Source of the DNA: Bugula neritina
Taxonomy: Eukaryota > Animalia > Bryozoa
DNA: 64,000 bases
Assembly (NCBI GenBank): GCA_964035545.1
Contig: OZ037768.1
Coordinates: forward strand, 15,731,875 to 15,795,874
Direction: 5' to 3'
A program made the translations under genes and the position numbers. Position 1 is the first letter of the stretch. Each line of letters opens with the position of its first letter. A model generated the notes under the pieces. It was not told the origin of the DNA. It searched no databases and saw only the letters and a program-made list of their open reading frames with translations. Below, piece by piece: positions 62,822-64,000 of this stretch.

Positions 62822-63986
62822 CTAGCACTTCTTCGCCAGCCGTTTCTCTAGTCGGGTCTGCAACTTAGCCAGCTCGGTGGTTGCTCGCTTCTGTTCTTTA
62901 CTGAGGCGAGCCATACGCCGTTGCACTTTCCTAATGTCGGCTAGTAGGGATTGGTCAGGGTCGCTGTCATCTCGGGGTGTGTTGGGGTACATAGGAGATT
63001 GTCGTCGTTGGGGGTTGTGAGTCCTTCGTCACAGCGCGTCCAGCACGGGTTACTACGACGCGTAGAGGTTGGGTGGTTACGTCTGGAGGGTAGGTAATCG
63101 TTGTTTCGGAGGGTTGGGGGTCTGCATCAGAGTCACTCTCTACTGTAGGTCGGGTAGCGGGGAAGTGGTCCAGGAGAGTCTGTCGTCGGTCCGGGTCAGT
63201 CACGTGGGGTAGTATTAGGTCCCGGAACTCCGTGTAAGAGTCTGCGTCGACTTCATACAAGTGCCCTACGTAACAGTCTCTAGTTCGTTGGTGTCTCAGT
63301 ATCGTGTCCCTGCAGAAGTGGTGAACTCCGCAGGGACAGAAAGTCACAGTAAAGTGTTGTGGAACGTGTATTCTCAGTCTCCTAGTAGTCGATAGTATTC
63401 TTCTACATTCAGTGCATTGTCTATTGTCGTCCGTCCCTACTATTGCTTCTATCAATGTTCGAGTCCGTCGAGTCGTCCAGTTAGTCCGTCCCAGTAAGGC
63501 TCTTGGTAGTGCTAGAGTAGTGTCCTTGGCTACAGTCAAGTCATCAGTCAAGTCGTTGGTATCAATTTGCATCGCAGTGTGTGTCGGGGAGTCCGTAAAT
63601 GTTGCTAAATGTATGTCGGACAGCATGTCTACCCCTGCTTCTGACATGCTGTCCCAGTTAGTCGTAGGTGTGTCAAGTAATGCCTGTATCTCGTCGGATA
63701 CAGGCTCAGTCTCACCTGCAATAGAGTATTTAAATTTAATTACACTCTATGCGTGGGACTCCCGTTCCAAACAATATTAAATAATCGAGTCTCACTGTCA
63801 CTCACTGATCGTGTAATCAGCTGAGTCGACTGTCCCACTCTAATTATCAATATCATTCGCTGTCAGGAGTTTCAACTTTATCATTATGACAAAGTGAGAC
63901 TGCTGTCGCTACCAGAATAAATTCTAATTAATTATTATAGAATTCCTAGTAGACTTACCCCCCAAAACAGTTGCTGCATTAGACAT
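62822..63986 (-). CDS. Element B ORF3 homologue, predicted two exons (63986-63959 + from 63715); main frame stops at 62967, coiled-coil tail continues in a shifted frame to 62822
   Basis: MSNAATVLG-G|GTAAGT ... TTGCAG|GT joins in phase 1; CTEC-x12-H-x3-H-x4-FCPCG..RH..C..Y.VDA..Y.EF..LI.P.V aligns with element A ORF3. Confidence 0.78.
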
Positions 63987-64000
63987 AATGATGCTGCTGC

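Larger units (their letters stand above)
54656..64000 (-). mobile_element. LTR retrotransposon element B (3' part only), interrupted by element A; continues beyond the right edge
   Basis: Minus-strand ORF3 homologous to that of element A; 3' UTR split into 62821-62703 and 55190-55067; purine tract ATAGGCGAGGAGAG followed by TG at 55066. gag/pol and second LTR not in window, so Ty3/gypsy identity is inferred from ORF3 homology. Confidence 0.75.

Overview
AT-rich, intron-dense invertebrate animal DNA (species not determinable from the sequence). Host genes: (1) the 5' part of HUWE1 on the minus strand (ATG 7800, running off the left edge); (2) a ~1510-aa calmodulin-binding-type C-terminal-motor kinesin-14 (KCBP/kinesin-C-like), 15873-37361 +; (3) chondroitin sulfate synthase (CHSY1-like), 42192-52445 +. 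Introns hold tRNA-derived SINEs, MITEs, a mariner relic and minisatellites. The right end holds a young, intact Ty3/gypsy LTR retrotransposon (element A, 55191-62698 +; LTRs differ at 2/307 nt, ATAT TSD, tRNA-Leu PBS) nested in the 3' UTR of a diverged, oppositely oriented relative (element B, 54656 to beyond 64000, minus). Main discovery: downstream of pol (the env position) A carries a non-envelope accessory gene encoding a C2H2-like + CPCG zinc-finger module, an Arg/Ser-Pro patch and a C-terminal coiled coil, and B carries a clear homologue upstream of its 3' LTR. In both, the gene has the same predicted two-exon layout (ATG-TCT mini-exon, ~250-nt GT-AG intron, phase 1), i.e. a sense-strand intron apparently retained through reverse transcription. 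All exon models were read by eye and lack transcript support.
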